64,000 bases of DNA, taken from positions 1,062-65,061 of the forward strand of contig JBJHBT010000005.1 of assembly GCA_050485645.1 (NCBI GenBank). Reading direction: 5' to 3'. The stretch is from Gammaproteobacteria bacterium. Its GTDB lineage: Bacteria; Pseudomonadota; Gammaproteobacteria; Steroidobacterales; Rariloculaceae. The notes below the pieces were generated by a model. The model was not told the DNA's origin, searched no databases, and worked only from the letters and a program-made list of their open reading frames with translations. The position numbers were made by a program, and so were the translations under genes. Below, one piece after another: positions 1 to 10,621 of the stretch. Within the stretch, counting starts at the first letter, position 1; each line of letters begins with the position of its first letter.

Positions 1-1364
1 CCATCGTGGTCGCGAATGCTCACCTCGCTGAACGAACTGTACGACAACCCCGTGTTGATGTCCGTGAACCCCGTCCCCGTGGACTGCAGCACATGCCAGT
101 TGCCAGTACTCGCGTTCTGGTAAATCAGATCATCACGCCCGTCGCCGTCGTAATCGATCACCCGTGCCCGATCCGGGTTCGTCGCCGACGACACGCCGCT
201 GTTGATCGGACTCTCCAACCCGCCGTCGGCACGACCGGGGTACACCTGCCAGGTGCCGTTCAGCGACACGAAGATGTCCTGCCGCCCGTCGCCGTTCATG
301 TCCCCCACCAGCGGGTGGGCGCCCGCCGTCCTGCCGGTGTTCGTCGATGCGTTCCAGCCGCGCACGCTGTTCTGCACCGTAAAACCCGTCGCCGGCAGAC
401 AGTCGCTGCCCCGGCACAGCGTCACCGACGCAAGCCGGCTGCGGCCCGTGCCCGTCGACGGCGGGGTCGTGTAATTCAGGTGATAGGTCGCAATCGTCGT
501 GGCGCCGTTGTAGATCACGTCGATCTTCTGGATGCGCTTGCTGCGCGCCACCTTGGCGCCGCCCGTGTCCGAACCGGCCCGCTGGTCGTCCGCCGGACGG
601 TTCTCGTACGTGATCACAACCTTGTAACGCGACGACAGCCCCTGACCGGCGTTCGACGTCCAGTGCACCTCGATCGGCAGCACTTCCCCGGTGCTCGTGT
701 TCTCGTCGTAGACGTAACTGATCCGGTTGCCGAACTGGTCTTCCGTGTACGACAGGTACCAGGTCCGCACCGCACCGCTCGGGAAACTCGGTATGCCTGG
801 GCCTGGCGCCCCAGAGGCAATGGCTTCAATCCGCGAATCGGTAGTATAGCCATAGTACGACGTGCGCCCGTCACCGTGCTGCACGTAAAACGACTGCGCA
901 CCGCTGGTGCTCACCGTGCCGTTCTGATACACCCGCTGGAACGACTCGATCTCGGTGCGGTACTCCGTGTTGTGCGCACCCTGAGCGCCAGACACCGCGA
1001 TCAGCCGCTGACCGTTCAGACAGTAGCGATCCGAACTGTGGTAGCGGTAGCCGTCGGTGAGCCCGTCCTGCGCGTACGTCCGCTGACATCTCGTGATCGC
1101 CGAGATGCCGCCCAGCGTCCAGCCCATCCCGGCCAGACCATTACCCGAACGGTGGTTGTAGGTCAGCGCAAGATGAGGCTTCAGACCGCCTGTCGCCGCC
1201 GGTGCGTCGATCGGAATCGTATACGTCGCATCGCCCTGGGACGTGACCGCAAAGTGGCCCGGCAGCGTGCCGGGAAACACCGCCGCCCCCGCGCCTGTCG
1301 ACAACCCCATCCCAAAAGCCAACAGTGCACCGAGCAACGCCGCACGCAGACGAACTCCCAGCAT
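1..1364 (-). CDS. SpvB/TcaC N-terminal domain plus FG-GAP/VCBS-repeat secreted protein (toxin-complex / Rhs-type); 5-prime part only, gene continues beyond window start
   Basis: Absent from ORF track because it runs off the edge. Hand translation of minus strand from ATG 1364-1362 (GGAGG 6 nt upstream) gives signal-like MLGVRLRAALLGALLAFGMGLSTGAGAA. This is followed by FPGTLPGHFAVTSQGDATYTIPIDAPAATGGLKPHLALTYNHRSGNGLAGMGWTLGGISAITRC (SpvB-type signature). Later come GDMNGDGRQDIF and IDYDGDGRDDLIY (FG-GAP/VCBS-like). Frame is open to position 1. Confidence 0.75.
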   Translation of the reverse strand, partial: MLGVRLRAALLGALLAFGMGLSTGAGAAVFPGTLPGHFAVTSQGDATYTIPIDAPAATGGLKPHLALTYNHRSGNGLAGMGWTLGGISAITRCQRTYAQDGLTDGYRYHSSDRYCLNGQRLIAVSGAQGAHNTEYRTEIESFQRVYQNGTVSTSGAQSFYVQHGDGRTSYYGYTTDSRIEAIASGAPGPGIPSFPSGAVRTWYLSYTEDQFGNRISYVYDENTSTGEVLPIEVHWTSNAGQGLSSRYKVVITYENRPADDQRAGSDTGGAKVARSKRIQKIDVIYNGATTIATYHLNYTTPPSTGTGRSRLASVTLCRGSDCLPATGFTVQNSVRGWNASTNTGRTAGAHPLVGDMNGDGRQDIFVSLNGTWQVYPGRADGGLESPINSGVSSATNPDRARVIDYDGDGRDDLIYQNASTGNWHVLQSTGTGFTDINTGLSYSSFSEVSIRDHD

Positions 1365-1646
1365 CACAACCTCCCCCGATGATCACTGGACTGGTTCGCG
1401 CTCTTTACACTCGTGCACAAACTGCTGTCAAAATATTTTTTTGCAGACAACGCAACCAATTGTTATTTATACCGTCTGTGGTCTGAGATTATGTTTGCTG
1501 CAAGTGAAAATGCCGACAACAGCGCAAAGATTCAGGACACAAAAATCAGATTCCCGCACGCTCATCAACAAACCGTAGCCGGAGCGCTGAGGTCCTGGTG
1601 GCTGAATCGGGTACCGAATGTGCTACCCATGCCGACGGCAGAACCG

Positions 1647-2030
1647 TTACAGCACGAGAATCGCGTCCATCTCCACCGCGGCACTCTTCGGCAGCGCGGC
1701 CACACCGATCGCCGCGCGGGCCGGGTACGGCTCGGAGAAATACTCCGCCATGACTTCATTCACCAGCGGGAAGTCGGCCATGTCGGTGAGGAACACATTG
1801 AGCTTGGCGATATCGGCCAGCGATCCGCCGGCCGCCTTAGCCACCGCCGAGAGGTTGTCCAGCACCTGGCGGATCTGTTCGCGGGTGCCGTTGACCAGTT
1901 CCATGCTTTCGGGATCCAGCGGGATCTGGCCCGACAGATAAACTGTGTTGCCGGCGCGTATGGCCTGGCTGTAGGTGCCGATGGCGGCCGGTGCGGATGA
2001 TGTATGGATCGCCTTGAAGTCTGCGCTCAC
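1647..2030 (-). CDS. ridA: RidA/YjgF/TdcF family reactive-intermediate deaminase
   Basis: ORF 1647..2111; [26 protein letters not shown] and [25 protein letters not shown] are typical RidA. Start trimmed to GTG 2030 (AGGAG upstream), giving 127 aa. The longer ORF would overlap the spoT stop. Confidence 0.85.
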   Translation of the reverse strand: MSADFKAIHTSSAPAAIGTYSQAIRAGNTVYLSGQIPLDPESMELVNGTREQIRQVLDNLSAVAKAAGGSLADIAKLNVFLTDMADFPLVNEVMAEYFSEPYPARAAIGVAALPKSAAVEMDAILVL

Positions 2031-2088
2031 GAAAGCTCCTGTTGAATAGTTGCGGTTGAAATGAAACGGCGTGTCGAACGGTGCCGTG

Positions 2089-4248
2089 CTAGCCGCCGCT
2101 GCGGCTGACACGTACGACGCCGGGAATCGTACGCAGGCTGCGTATCACCTGCGCCAGCTGGCTGCGGCTGCGCAGCTTGATGCCGAACGTCAGATTCGAC
2201 GCGTCGCCTTCGGTGTCCACGCGCACCTGGGAGATGTTGCTGCCGATGGCGGCGATGCGACCGGCGACTTCGGCCAGCAGTCCCACCCTGTCGAACGTGC
2301 GCACCTGGATTTCGGTGAGGAATTCGCCCTTGACGTTGCGCTTCCAGTTTACCGGTATCCACTTCGACGGCTGCTTGCGATACTCGGCGATGTTGCGGCA
2401 CTGCGTGCGGTGAATCACGATGCCGCGTCCGGTGGACATGAAGCCTACGATCTCGTCACCGGGTACCGGATAGCAGCAGCGTGCATAGCTGACCACCATG
2501 CCTTCGGTGCCGGCGATGTCCAGCGGTACGCGATTGGCGGCAGCTTCCGGATTGTCACCGCCATCCTGCTGTGCCAGCAGGGCGGCGACCACCGGCGCCA
2601 TGCGCTCACCCAGCCCGAGCTGTTCGTACAGCGTATCCATGTTGGTCAGTTCCAGCTCACGCAGCAGGGTTTCAACCCGGGTCTTGTCCAGGCGTCGCGG
2701 GTTTACCGAATAGGGGCGCAGCGCCTGCGCCAGCAGCCGCCGGCCGAATTCGCGGGCCTCGTCTTGCTGGAGATTGCGCAGATAGGCGCGTACCGCGTTG
2801 CGCGCCTTGGCGGTAACGACGAAATTCATCCAGTTCGGGTTCGGGCGGGCATTGCGCGCGGTGATGATCTCAACGGTCTCGCCGTTGTGCAGAATGGTTT
2901 TCAGCGGCACCGGCTTGCGGTCGATCTTGGCTGCCACGCAGTGATTGCCGACATCGGTATGCACCGCGTAGGCGAAATCCACCGCGGTGGCGCCGCGTGG
3001 CAGGCGCAGAATTTCGCCCTTGGGCGTGAACACGTAGACCTTGTCGGGGAACAGGTCCACCTTGACGGTCTCGAGGAACTCCTCGGAATTGGCCGCGTGC
3101 TGCATTTCCATCAGCCCGGACAGCCACTGCCGCACCCGCTGCTCCGTCGAGTACGTCTGCTTGTCCACGGCCTTGTACTGCCAGTGCGCGGCGATGCCGC
3201 GTTCGGCCACCTTGTCCATCTCCTCGGTGCGGATCTGTATTTCCAACGGCAGCCCGTTCGGTCCGAACAGTGTGGTGTGCAATGACTGGTAGCCGTTCAC
3301 GCGCGGAATCGCGATGTAGTCCTTGAAGCGTCCCGGCATGGGTTTGTACAGCTGATGCGACAGGCCGATCACCCGATAGCAGGTGTCCACATCCGGCACG
3401 ATGATGCGCACACCGTAGACGTCGACGATCTCGGACAAATGCAGGTTCTTGCGCAGCATTTTCATGTAGATGCTGTACAGATGCTTCTCGCGCGCATTGA
3501 CGCGCGCAACGATGCCGGCGTTTTCCATGCCCTGGCGAAACCGCGCTTCGATTTTGCGCAGAAAGTGGCGCTGATTGCCTTTCGCCCGCCGCAGCGAGCG
3601 TTCCAGGACGCGGTAGCGGAACGGATAAAAGGTACGAAAGCCGAGCTCTTCGAGCTCGATTTTGATGCTGTAGATGCCCAGCCGGTTCGCGATCGGCGCG
3701 TAGATGTCCAGTGTTTCGCGCGCGATGCGGCGGCGCTTCTCCATCGGCAGCGCATCAATGGTGCGCATGTTGTGCGTGCGGTCGGCGAGCTTGACCAGGA
3801 TTACGCGAAGGTCCTGCACCATGGCCAGCAGCATTTTGCGGAAGCTCTCCGCCTGCGCCTCGGCCGCGCTGTCGAAATGCAGTCGGTCGAGTTTGCTGAC
3901 ACCGTCCACCAGCAGCGCGACGTCCTCGCCGAACTGGTCGCGGATCTGATCGCGTGTGGCCGGCGTATCTTCGAGTACGTCGTGCAGCAACGCGGCCTTG
4001 ATCGAGCCGGCGTCCAGATGCAGGCCGGCGAGGATTTCGGCCACCGCGACAGGGTGGGTGATGTACGCGTCGCCCGTGCGCCGCTGCTGGCCGCGGTGCA
4101 TCTGTGCGCCGAATTCATAGGCGCGCGTGATGTCGGCAAGGTCTTCGGCGGGGAGATAGGTCTGCAGGCGCGACAGCAGCTGCGCGAATGCATCGGTGCG
4201 CCAGACGACCGGCAGCCGTCGTTCGCGAATGGCTGCACCGTAGTCCAT
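2089..4248 (-). CDS. spoT: bifunctional (p)ppGpp synthetase/hydrolase SpoT
   Basis: 719 aa. Has HD hydrolase region ([27 protein letters not shown]), RelA/SpoT synthetase core ([25 protein letters not shown]), TGS and C-terminal ACT-like region. Sits downstream of rpoZ. Confidence 0.95.
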   Translation of the reverse strand: MDYGAAIRERRLPVVWRTDAFAQLLSRLQTYLPAEDLADITRAYEFGAQMHRGQQRRTGDAYITHPVAVAEILAGLHLDAGSIKAALLHDVLEDTPATRDQIRDQFGEDVALLVDGVSKLDRLHFDSAAEAQAESFRKMLLAMVQDLRVILVKLADRTHNMRTIDALPMEKRRRIARETLDIYAPIANRLGIYSIKIELEELGFRTFYPFRYRVLERSLRRAKGNQRHFLRKIEARFRQGMENAGIVARVNAREKHLYSIYMKMLRKNLHLSEIVDVYGVRIIVPDVDTCYRVIGLSHQLYKPMPGRFKDYIAIPRVNGYQSLHTTLFGPNGLPLEIQIRTEEMDKVAERGIAAHWQYKAVDKQTYSTEQRVRQWLSGLMEMQHAANSEEFLETVKVDLFPDKVYVFTPKGEILRLPRGATAVDFAYAVHTDVGNHCVAAKIDRKPVPLKTILHNGETVEIITARNARPNPNWMNFVVTAKARNAVRAYLRNLQQDEAREFGRRLLAQALRPYSVNPRRLDKTRVETLLRELELTNMDTLYEQLGLGERMAPVVAALLAQQDGGDNPEAAANRVPLDIAGTEGMVVSYARCCYPVPGDEIVGFMSTGRGIVIHRTQCRNIAEYRKQPSKWIPVNWKRNVKGEFLTEIQVRTFDRVGLLAEVAGRIAAIGSNISQVRVDTEGDASNLTFGIKLRSRSQLAQVIRSLRTIPGVVRVSRSGG

Positions 4249-4289
4249 CTGTGTGTGTCCAGCGCCGACCGTTCAGCGGCGCCGGGTGA

Positions 4290-4580
4290 TCAGTCGTCCA
4301 GCGAGCCGGGGCGCAGCGACAGCATGTCTTCCGGTCGTGACGATGGGGCATCCAGGTCCAGCAGGTCTTCCATGGGCCGGTCGCGTTCCTCGAGAATGCT
4401 CGGGCCGATAAAGCCTTCGGCGATCTCACGCAGCGCCACCACGGTGGGTTTGTCGTTTTCCCATTCCACCAGCGCCTCGGCGCCGTTGGCGAGCTGGCGG
4501 GCACGCTTGGAAGCCACCAGTACGAGTTCGAACATGTTCGGGATCTTGTCGGAGCAGTCTTCGACGGTAATTCTGGCCAT
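4290..4580 (-). CDS. rpoZ: DNA-directed RNA polymerase subunit omega
   Basis: [30 protein letters not shown] is the canonical RpoZ N-terminus. ATG at 4580 with GGAGG upstream; the longer ORF to 4775 is rejected. Confidence 0.95.
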   Translation of the reverse strand: MARITVEDCSDKIPNMFELVLVASKRARQLANGAEALVEWENDKPTVVALREIAEGFIGPSILEERDRPMEDLLDLDAPSSRPEDMLSLRPGSLDD

Positions 4581-4665
4581 GGTCATGCCTCCTTGCACAG
4601 AGCGGTTACTTGACCCAGTGTACTGCAAGCCCGGTTGGCGGCAAATCCCGGGCCGTCCAGGCCTG

Positions 4666-5310
4666 TCAGGCGCCGAGTATGTCCAGCGCGGTCCGGCGCT
4701 GGCGGGCGGTCTCGTGGGGGGCGCCGCGCCCGGCGGCGATGTCGGCCAGCCGCGCCGTGGCCGCATCCGCGTCATCGTTCACCAGCAGGTAGTCGAACTC
4801 GGCCCAGTGGGTCATTTCGGCGCGTGCCGCCTGCATGCGCCGCGCGATCACGTCCTCCGCATCGGTACGCCGTTCGCGCAGCCGCCGTTCCAGTTCCTGC
4901 ATCGATGGTGGAAAGATGAACACTGTGATCGCGTCAGGTGCGCGCTCACGCACCTGACGCGCGCCCTGCCAGTCGATGTCCAGCAGCACCGAATGACCGG
5001 CCTCGAGCAGCTCGTCGACGTGGCTCCGACCGGTGCCGTAGTGATGGCCAAACACCTGCGCATGTTCGAGAAACTCGTCAGCGGCGACCATGCGTTCGAA
5101 CTCGATGCTGTTGATGAAGAAGTAGTCGCGGCCGTGCTGCTCGGTGTGACGCGGCGCGCGGGTGGTGTAGGAAATCGAAAACCGGAAGCGTGGATCGCGC
5201 GTGATCAGATTGCGCGCGATCGTCGTCTTGCCGGCTCCCGAGGGTGAGGACAGCACCATCAGTCTTCCGTGTGGCCGTCGGTGTGCGACATCCTGCATAG
5301 CCCGACTCAC
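4666..5310 (-). CDS. gmk: guanylate kinase
   Basis: [11 protein letters not shown]-loop, YTTRAPR, GHHYGT motifs. GTG 5310 overlaps yicC stop (GTGA); alternative ATG at 5298. Confidence 0.93.
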   Translation of the reverse strand: MSRAMQDVAHRRPHGRLMVLSSPSGAGKTTIARNLITRDPRFRFSISYTTRAPRHTEQHGRDYFFINSIEFERMVAADEFLEHAQVFGHHYGTGRSHVDELLEAGHSVLLDIDWQGARQVRERAPDAITVFIFPPSMQELERRLRERRTDAEDVIARRMQAARAEMTHWAEFDYLLVNDDADAATARLADIAAGRGAPHETARQRRTALDILGA

Positions 5311-6173
5311 TCCAGGTTCTGAACCTGTTCGCGCATCTGCTCGATCAGCACCTTGATGTCGACCGCGGCGCGCGTCAGTTCTTCGTCCTGTGATTTCGAC
5401 GACAGCGTATTCGCCTCGCGATTGAGCTCCTGAATCAGAAAATCCAGCCGCCGGCCCACGGGTTCATCGCGCCGCAGTATGTCGCGTATCTCGCTGACGT
5501 GGCCCGCCAGGCGATCGACTTCCTCGCTGACATCAAGGCGCTGCGCAACCAGCACCAGCTCCTGCTCCAGCCGCTCGGGGTTGGCCTCGATGTCCAGGCG
5601 CCGCAGGCGTTCCTCCAGTTTCAGACGCCAGGCGGTCTCAAGGCCCGTGAGCCGTGGCGTGATCGTCTCGACCAGCGCCGCAATGGCATCGGCGCGCTGT
5701 GTCAGCGCGGCCGCCGTGCGCTGGCCTTCGCGCCGCCGCGCCTCCTGCAATGCGACCACGGCTTCGTTCAGCGTCGCGAGCACTGGCGCGGACAGCGACT
5801 CGGTGCTCTCGCGCGGTTCTTCGAGAACGCCGGGCCAGCGCAGGATGTCGGCCACCGACAGCGGTTCGGCATCGGGAAACTCACCGCGCACGCGTTCCGT
5901 CAGCGTACGCAGCGTGGCCAGCTTCTCGCCGCGGATCTGCTGGTCGGCATCGGCGGTGAAGGAACGGCTCACGCGCAGCGTGCAGTCCACCTTGCCGCGT
6001 GCCAGGCGCGCGCTGACCGCTTCGCGACAGCCGGGCTCCAGCGCGCGCAGCTCTTCGGGGAGCCTGAACGTCGTATCGAGGAAGCGATGATTCACGCTGC
6101 GCAGTTCCCAGACCAGCCCGAAAGGGCCTGATTCGGCGGCCGCGGAAGCGAAACCTGTCATGCTGTAGGGCAT
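5307..6173 (-). CDS. yicC: YicC family stress-induced protein
   Basis: MPYSMTGFASA... N-terminus and C-terminal DFLIQELNREANTLSSKS motif typical of YicC. Start placed at ATG 6173 (288 aa) rather than ORF-track 6218. Confidence 0.85.
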   Translation of the reverse strand: MPYSMTGFASAAAESGPFGLVWELRSVNHRFLDTTFRLPEELRALEPGCREAVSARLARGKVDCTLRVSRSFTADADQQIRGEKLATLRTLTERVRGEFPDAEPLSVADILRWPGVLEEPRESTESLSAPVLATLNEAVVALQEARRREGQRTAAALTQRADAIAALVETITPRLTGLETAWRLKLEERLRRLDIEANPERLEQELVLVAQRLDVSEEVDRLAGHVSEIRDILRRDEPVGRRLDFLIQELNREANTLSSKSQDEELTRAAVDIKVLIEQMREQVQNLE

Positions 6174-6247
6174 CTTCGTGATCCCATCGGTAGAATGCGC
6201 GGGGCGTCGGGTTGCCAAGTCTAAGTTATGCCAGTCAGTGACACGAG

Positions 6248-7003
6248 TTGTTTGCCGTGCATCTAGAGAGTGCCGAGATCAGTCTTGCGGGCAACCGCCA
6301 GGAAAATCAGGACCGGGTTCACGTGGCCGGTTCCTCGCATGCGGCGCTGATCATCGTCGTCGATGGCATGGGCGGGCACGCCGAAGGCGCGCTGGCCGCG
6401 CAGGTGACCGTGGCCACGCTGAAGGAAAGCTTCCACGCCGTGCGCCATCCGGTGTTCGATCCGCAGGGCTTTCTCACCATGGCGCTGGCGCGCGCGCACG
6501 ACCGCGTGGCTGCGCTTGGCGATGACGTGGCCATCGATCATAAGCCGCGTGCCACGGTTGCCGTGTGCCTGGTGCAGGAATCGATGCAGTTTCGCGCCCA
6601 CGTGGGCGACAGTCGCGTCTACCAGCTGCGCGATCAGCGCGTACATTCACGCACGCGCGATCACAGCCACGTGGAGCTGCTGCTTCGCGAAGGCCTGATC
6701 CGCGAACACGAAATGCATCGACATCCGATGCGCAACTATGTTGAATGCTGTCTGGGCGGCGATGTCGTTCTGCCGGATATGACCGTCAGCGGTCGGCGCC
6801 CGGTGGCCTCCGGCGATGTGCTGCTGGCATGCACCGACGGATTCTGGTCGGGTCTGGAGGATCGCGAAATCGCGGCGCTGACCGCCACCGGGACGGGTGG
6901 TCTGGAAAAGGCGCTGGCCGACCTGGCCCGTCAGGCAGTCGCGCGCAATGCGCCCCACAGCGACAATACCAGTGTGGCCGCGGTTCGCTGGATCGCCGCC
7001 TGA
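6248..7003 (+). CDS. PP2C-family serine/threonine protein phosphatase
   Basis: NQDR, VVDGMGGH, LLACTDGFW, SDNTSV motifs of PPM/PP2C phosphatases. Start could be TTG 6248 or GTG 6257. Confidence 0.8.
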   Translation: MFAVHLESAEISLAGNRQENQDRVHVAGSSHAALIIVVDGMGGHAEGALAAQVTVATLKESFHAVRHPVFDPQGFLTMALARAHDRVAALGDDVAIDHKPRATVAVCLVQESMQFRAHVGDSRVYQLRDQRVHSRTRDHSHVELLLREGLIREHEMHRHPMRNYVECCLGGDVVLPDMTVSGRRPVASGDVLLACTDGFWSGLEDREIAALTATGTGGLEKALADLARQAVARNAPHSDNTSVAAVRWIAA

Positions 7004-7029
7004 TTCGCTTTTCGCAGCAGGAGTGACCG

Positions 7030-7746
7030 ATGCGCCCGAGTGGACGTAGCGCCGATGAGATGCGGCCGTTTGCCTTTCAGACTCACTACACGCGCCACGC
7101 ACACGGGTCCGTGCTGGTCGGTTTCGGCGATACCCGGGTGCTGTGCACCGCATCGGTGGAATCGCGTGTGCCGCCGTTTCTCAAGGGCCGGCAGGAAGGC
7201 TGGATCACGGCTGAATACGGGATGCTGCCGGGTGCCACGCACACGCGCACCTCGCGTGAGGCGGCGCGCGGCAGGCAGACCGGCCGTACCGTGGAAATTC
7301 AACGCCTGATCGGGCGCAGCCTCCGCGCGGTCGTGGATCGCGGAGCGCTCGGTGAACGCACCGTCACCATCGATTGCGACGTGCTGCAGGCCGATGGCGG
7401 CACCCGCACGGCCGCGATTTCCGGCGGTTTTGTCGCCATGGCGCTGGCCATCGCGCAGCTGCGGCGTCGCGGCGAGCTCGCGCGCGATCCGTTGCATGGC
7501 CAGGTGGCCGCGGTGTCCGTGGGTATCTACCAGGGTCTGCCGGTGCTGGATCTGGATTACGCCGAGGATGCCGAAGCGGAAACCGACATGAACGTGGTGA
7601 TGAACGACGGCGGCGGCTTCATCGAGGTACAGGGCACGGCCGAAGGCCACGCGTTCCAGCGCGGCGAGCTCAACAGCCTGCTGGATCTGGCCACCGGCGG
7701 CATTCGCCAGCTGCTGGCAGCGCAGGCGCAGGCGCTCGGCGCGTGA
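7030..7746 (+). CDS. rph: ribonuclease PH
   Basis: [13 protein letters not shown]...[38 protein letters not shown]; full-length RNase PH. Confidence 0.95.
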   Translation: MRPSGRSADEMRPFAFQTHYTRHAHGSVLVGFGDTRVLCTASVESRVPPFLKGRQEGWITAEYGMLPGATHTRTSREAARGRQTGRTVEIQRLIGRSLRAVVDRGALGERTVTIDCDVLQADGGTRTAAISGGFVAMALAIAQLRRRGELARDPLHGQVAAVSVGIYQGLPVLDLDYAEDAEAETDMNVVMNDGGGFIEVQGTAEGHAFQRGELNSLLDLATGGIRQLLAAQAQALGA

Positions 7747-8372
7747 CCCGCCGCTGGGTGCTGGCCAGCGGTAACACCGGCAAGCTCAGGGAGCTTGGCG
7801 CGTTGCTGGCGAGCGCCGGCGTGGAGCTTGTGCCGCAGTCCGCGCTCGGGGTGCGGGGGCCGCCGGAAACCGCGTCCACTTTCGTGGAGAATGCCTTGAT
7901 CAAGGCCCGCCATGCCGCGCGGCAGACCGGTCTGCCGGCACTTGCCGACGATTCCGGGCTGTGCGTCGACGCACTGGGCGGCGCGCCGGGTGTGCACTCG
8001 GCGCGCTTCGCCGGCGACGGCGCCAGCGACGCCGACAACATTGCCCGCCTGCTGGCCACGCTCGAGGATGTGCCCGACGCCGACCGTGGTGCGACATTTC
8101 TGTGCGTGATCGTGGCGCTGCGCTGGGCGGACGATCCGGCGCCGCTGGTCGCCGAGGGGCGCTGGCATGGTTGCATCGCCAAGCAGCCGGCGGGCGAAGG
8201 GGGGTTCGGATACGACCCCGTGTTCATTGATCCGGCCCGGGGCGCTACGGCTGCCCAGCTCGGACCCGGGGAGAAAAACCGCGTCAGCCACCGCGGCGTC
8301 GCCACCGCCGGCCTCATGAGCCGGTGGTGTGAGTTCGCCGATGGCGCTGACGGCCCCCGCGCCGAGCCCTGA
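7743..8372 (+). CDS. rdgB: dITP/XTP pyrophosphatase (RdgB/HAM1 family)
   Basis: In-frame part of ORF 7374..8372. GTG 7743 overlaps rph stop (GTGA). [57 protein letters not shown] motifs. Confidence 0.9.
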   Translation: MTRRWVLASGNTGKLRELGALLASAGVELVPQSALGVRGPPETASTFVENALIKARHAARQTGLPALADDSGLCVDALGGAPGVHSARFAGDGASDADNIARLLATLEDVPDADRGATFLCVIVALRWADDPAPLVAEGRWHGCIAKQPAGEGGFGYDPVFIDPARGATAAQLGPGEKNRVSHRGVATAGLMSRWCEFADGADGPRAEP

Positions 8373-8662
8373 CACTGTTGCGCGGCTTTATGCACAGCCG
8401 TGAAATCACCCCGTGCTGTGACGAGGTTAGTCGGTTTTCATATAAGCGTGACTAATGAAAGCTCTTTAATCGATTGTTATTAATACATTTTTGACGAAAT
8501 CCATGGTGACGCCGCGTTGTCGCGGCGCAACGCGCTGTCGTTTGCGCGCACCGCACCGGGGCAGGTTTCCACAGAGTTATTCACAGGCAGCCCAAAGCGC
8601 GCGGGCCTTGTGTTTGGACGGTTGCGCGATTATCCTCACGCGCCGGTTAGACGGCCAGAACC

Positions 8663-8875
8663 ATGAAACCCGAAATCCATCCTCAATACAGCGATATCAA
8701 AGTCACGTGCAGCTGCGGGAACGAGATCCTCACCCGCTCGACGCTGGCGCAGGACCTCCAGGTGGAGGTCTGCTCCTCCTGCCATCCGTTCTACACGGGC
8801 AAGCAGAAGATCGTCGATACCGGAGGCCGGGTAGACAAGTTCCGTCGCCGTTACGGCATGTCTTCGGCCAGATAG
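8663..8875 (+). CDS. rpmE: 50S ribosomal protein L31 (Zn-ribbon, Cys-containing form)
   Basis: [21 protein letters not shown]...[14 protein letters not shown]; CxC...CxxC retained. Confidence 0.95.
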   Translation: MKPEIHPQYSDIKVTCSCGNEILTRSTLAQDLQVEVCSSCHPFYTGKQKIVDTGGRVDKFRRRYGMSSAR

Positions 8876-8896
8876 CATCGCGCTCAGGCATCATGG

Positions 8897-8940
8897 CAGT
8901 CACCATCCGTCGCTGCGATCGGGTAAGCGACGGTGACTGC
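8897..8940 (+). terminator. long bulged hairpin downstream of rpmE (terminator-like, no U-tract)
   Basis: GCAGTCACC(atc)CGTCGCT - 11 nt loop - AGCGACGGTGACTGC. 16 bp with one 3-nt bulge, starts 22 nt after the rpmE stop. Followed by ACACACGG, not a T-run. Confidence 0.3.
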
Positions 8941-8949
8941 ACACACGGC

Positions 8950-8977
8950 TTGGACCTCTACGGCGCGTTGCTATAAT
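8950..8977 (+). promoter_or_regulatory. near-consensus sigma70 promoter for gltA
   Basis: TTGGAC (8950-8955), 16-nt spacer ending in TGc, then TATAAT (8972-8977), i.e. an extended -10 TGnTATAAT. Lies about 120 nt upstream of the gltA ATG. Confidence 0.5.
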
Positions 8978-9096
8978 GCCGCAGCCAGCGCCTGATCCGT
9001 GGGGTCACCCGCGGACTTGCGCCTCGCCGTATCATGTTCCGTTCGTGCCCGCGGGCGGAGCCAAGAACGAGTGATCACTGATGCCAGGTGCGATGC

Positions 9097-10404
9097 ATGA
9101 CTGACAAGCGCTATACCTTGACGGATTCCGGATCGGCCGAGCCGCTGGAGCTGCCACTGCGGGAGCCGACCGTGGGTCCTGGCGTTGTCGATGTCACCCG
9201 GCTGTACGCCGAACGCGGCATCTTCACCTACGATCCGGGATTCGCCGCGACGGCGAGCTGCGAAAGCTCCATCACCTACATCGATGGTGAGACCGGTGTG
9301 CTGATGTATCGGGGTTATCCGATCGAGCAGCTCGCCGAGCAGTCCAGTTTCATCGAGGTTGCCTACCTGCTGCTGCACGGCGAACTGCCGAATTCCGCGC
9401 AGCTGGAGGATTTCGACAACTCGATCCGCACCCATACGATGATCAACGAATCGTTGCTGCGATTCTTCAACGGCTTTCACCACAACGCCCATCCCATGGC
9501 CATGGTGTCCGGCGTGGTGGCTTCGATGTCGGCCTTCTATCACGACAGCACCGATATTCGTGATCCCGAGGATCGCGACATCTTCGCCCATCGCATCATT
9601 GCCAAACTGCCCACCATCGCTGCGGCAGCCTACAAGCATTCCCTGGGCCAGCCCTTCGTGTATCCGCGCAACCGCCTGGACTACTGCAGCAACACGCTGC
9701 ACATGTTCTTTGCGGTGCCGTCGGATCCCTACGTGGTGGAGCCGGTGGCGGCGCGCGCGCTGGATCTGCTGTTCATCCTGCATGCCGATCACGAACAGAA
9801 CTGCAGCACGTCCACGGTGCGCCTGGCCGGCAGCTCCGGCACCAACCCGTATTCGGCAATCGCGGCCGGCATGTCGGCGCTCTGGGGGCCCGCGCATGGT
9901 GGCGCCAACGAGGCCGTGATCAACATGCTGGAGGCCATCGGCAAGCCCGGCAACATCGACAAATTCGTCGCCAGGGCCAAGGACAAGAACGACCCGTTCC
10001 GTCTGATGGGCTTCGGGCATCGCGTCTACAAGAGCTACGATCCGCGCGCCACCATCATCCGCAAGATGTGCCATGAGGTGCTCGAAAACCTCGGCCACGC
10101 CAACGATTCACCGCTGTTCGAGCTCGCCCTCAGGCTCGAGGAAATTGCGCTCCGGGACGAGTACTTCGTAGAAAAGAATCTGTACCCGAACGTGGACTTC
10201 TATTCCGGCATCATTTACCGCGCGCTGGGCATACCGAAGTCGATGTTCACGGTGATGTTCGCGATCGCGCGCTGCGTGGGCTGGGTCACCCACTGGCGGG
10301 AAATGGTCTCAGACCCGAACTCCCGCATCGGTCGACCGCGGCAGCTGTACACAGGCCCTGCCCAACGCGACTACGTCGCGATCGACACTCGCAACGGCGG
10401 TTGA
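9097..10404 (+). CDS. gltA: citrate synthase (type II)
   Basis: ORF 9088..10404. [20 protein letters not shown]... parallels E. coli GltA N-terminus (from memory). [14 protein letters not shown] and [14 protein letters not shown] catalytic motifs. ATG 9097 has AGGTG upstream. Confidence 0.95.
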   Translation: MTDKRYTLTDSGSAEPLELPLREPTVGPGVVDVTRLYAERGIFTYDPGFAATASCESSITYIDGETGVLMYRGYPIEQLAEQSSFIEVAYLLLHGELPNSAQLEDFDNSIRTHTMINESLLRFFNGFHHNAHPMAMVSGVVASMSAFYHDSTDIRDPEDRDIFAHRIIAKLPTIAAAAYKHSLGQPFVYPRNRLDYCSNTLHMFFAVPSDPYVVEPVAARALDLLFILHADHEQNCSTSTVRLAGSSGTNPYSAIAAGMSALWGPAHGGANEAVINMLEAIGKPGNIDKFVARAKDKNDPFRLMGFGHRVYKSYDPRATIIRKMCHEVLENLGHANDSPLFELALRLEEIALRDEYFVEKNLYPNVDFYSGIIYRALGIPKSMFTVMFAIARCVGWVTHWREMVSDPNSRIGRPRQLYTGPAQRDYVAIDTRNGG

Positions 10405-10621
10405 CCTGACATAAGCTGCCCCATACCGCGCTTCGCGCCGGTATTCCGTGATCCAGTTCAACGACTGGTGACGCAGTCGCGCCTAGTGTTGCCACAGTAA
10501 TCCGGCCGGACGCATGTGTCCCGGAACCCCGCGGGCGTCAGGCGGATCGGTTTTGGACGAGTTGATTCGTGCGGATCAGCCAGGACTTGTCACAGCAGTG
10601 TCGAAAGCAAGGGCAGGCCAA

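Noticed and set aside
6-1382. 458-aa plus-strand ORF at the left edge
   Set aside because: Arg/Pro/Val/Ala-rich low-complexity translation with no recognisable motif. It is exactly antisense to a minus-strand frame that encodes a clear SpvB/FG-GAP protein with SD and signal peptide. Typical high-GC antisense artefact.
2071-5247. Long plus-strand ORFs 2071..3285 (404 aa) and 3355..5247 (630 aa)
   Set aside because: Antisense to spoT, rpoZ and gmk, which are unambiguous. The translations are Arg/Ala/Gly/His-rich without domain signatures.
8971-10098. 375-aa minus-strand ORF
   Set aside because: Antisense to citrate synthase and has no motif content. It also runs through the gltA promoter region.
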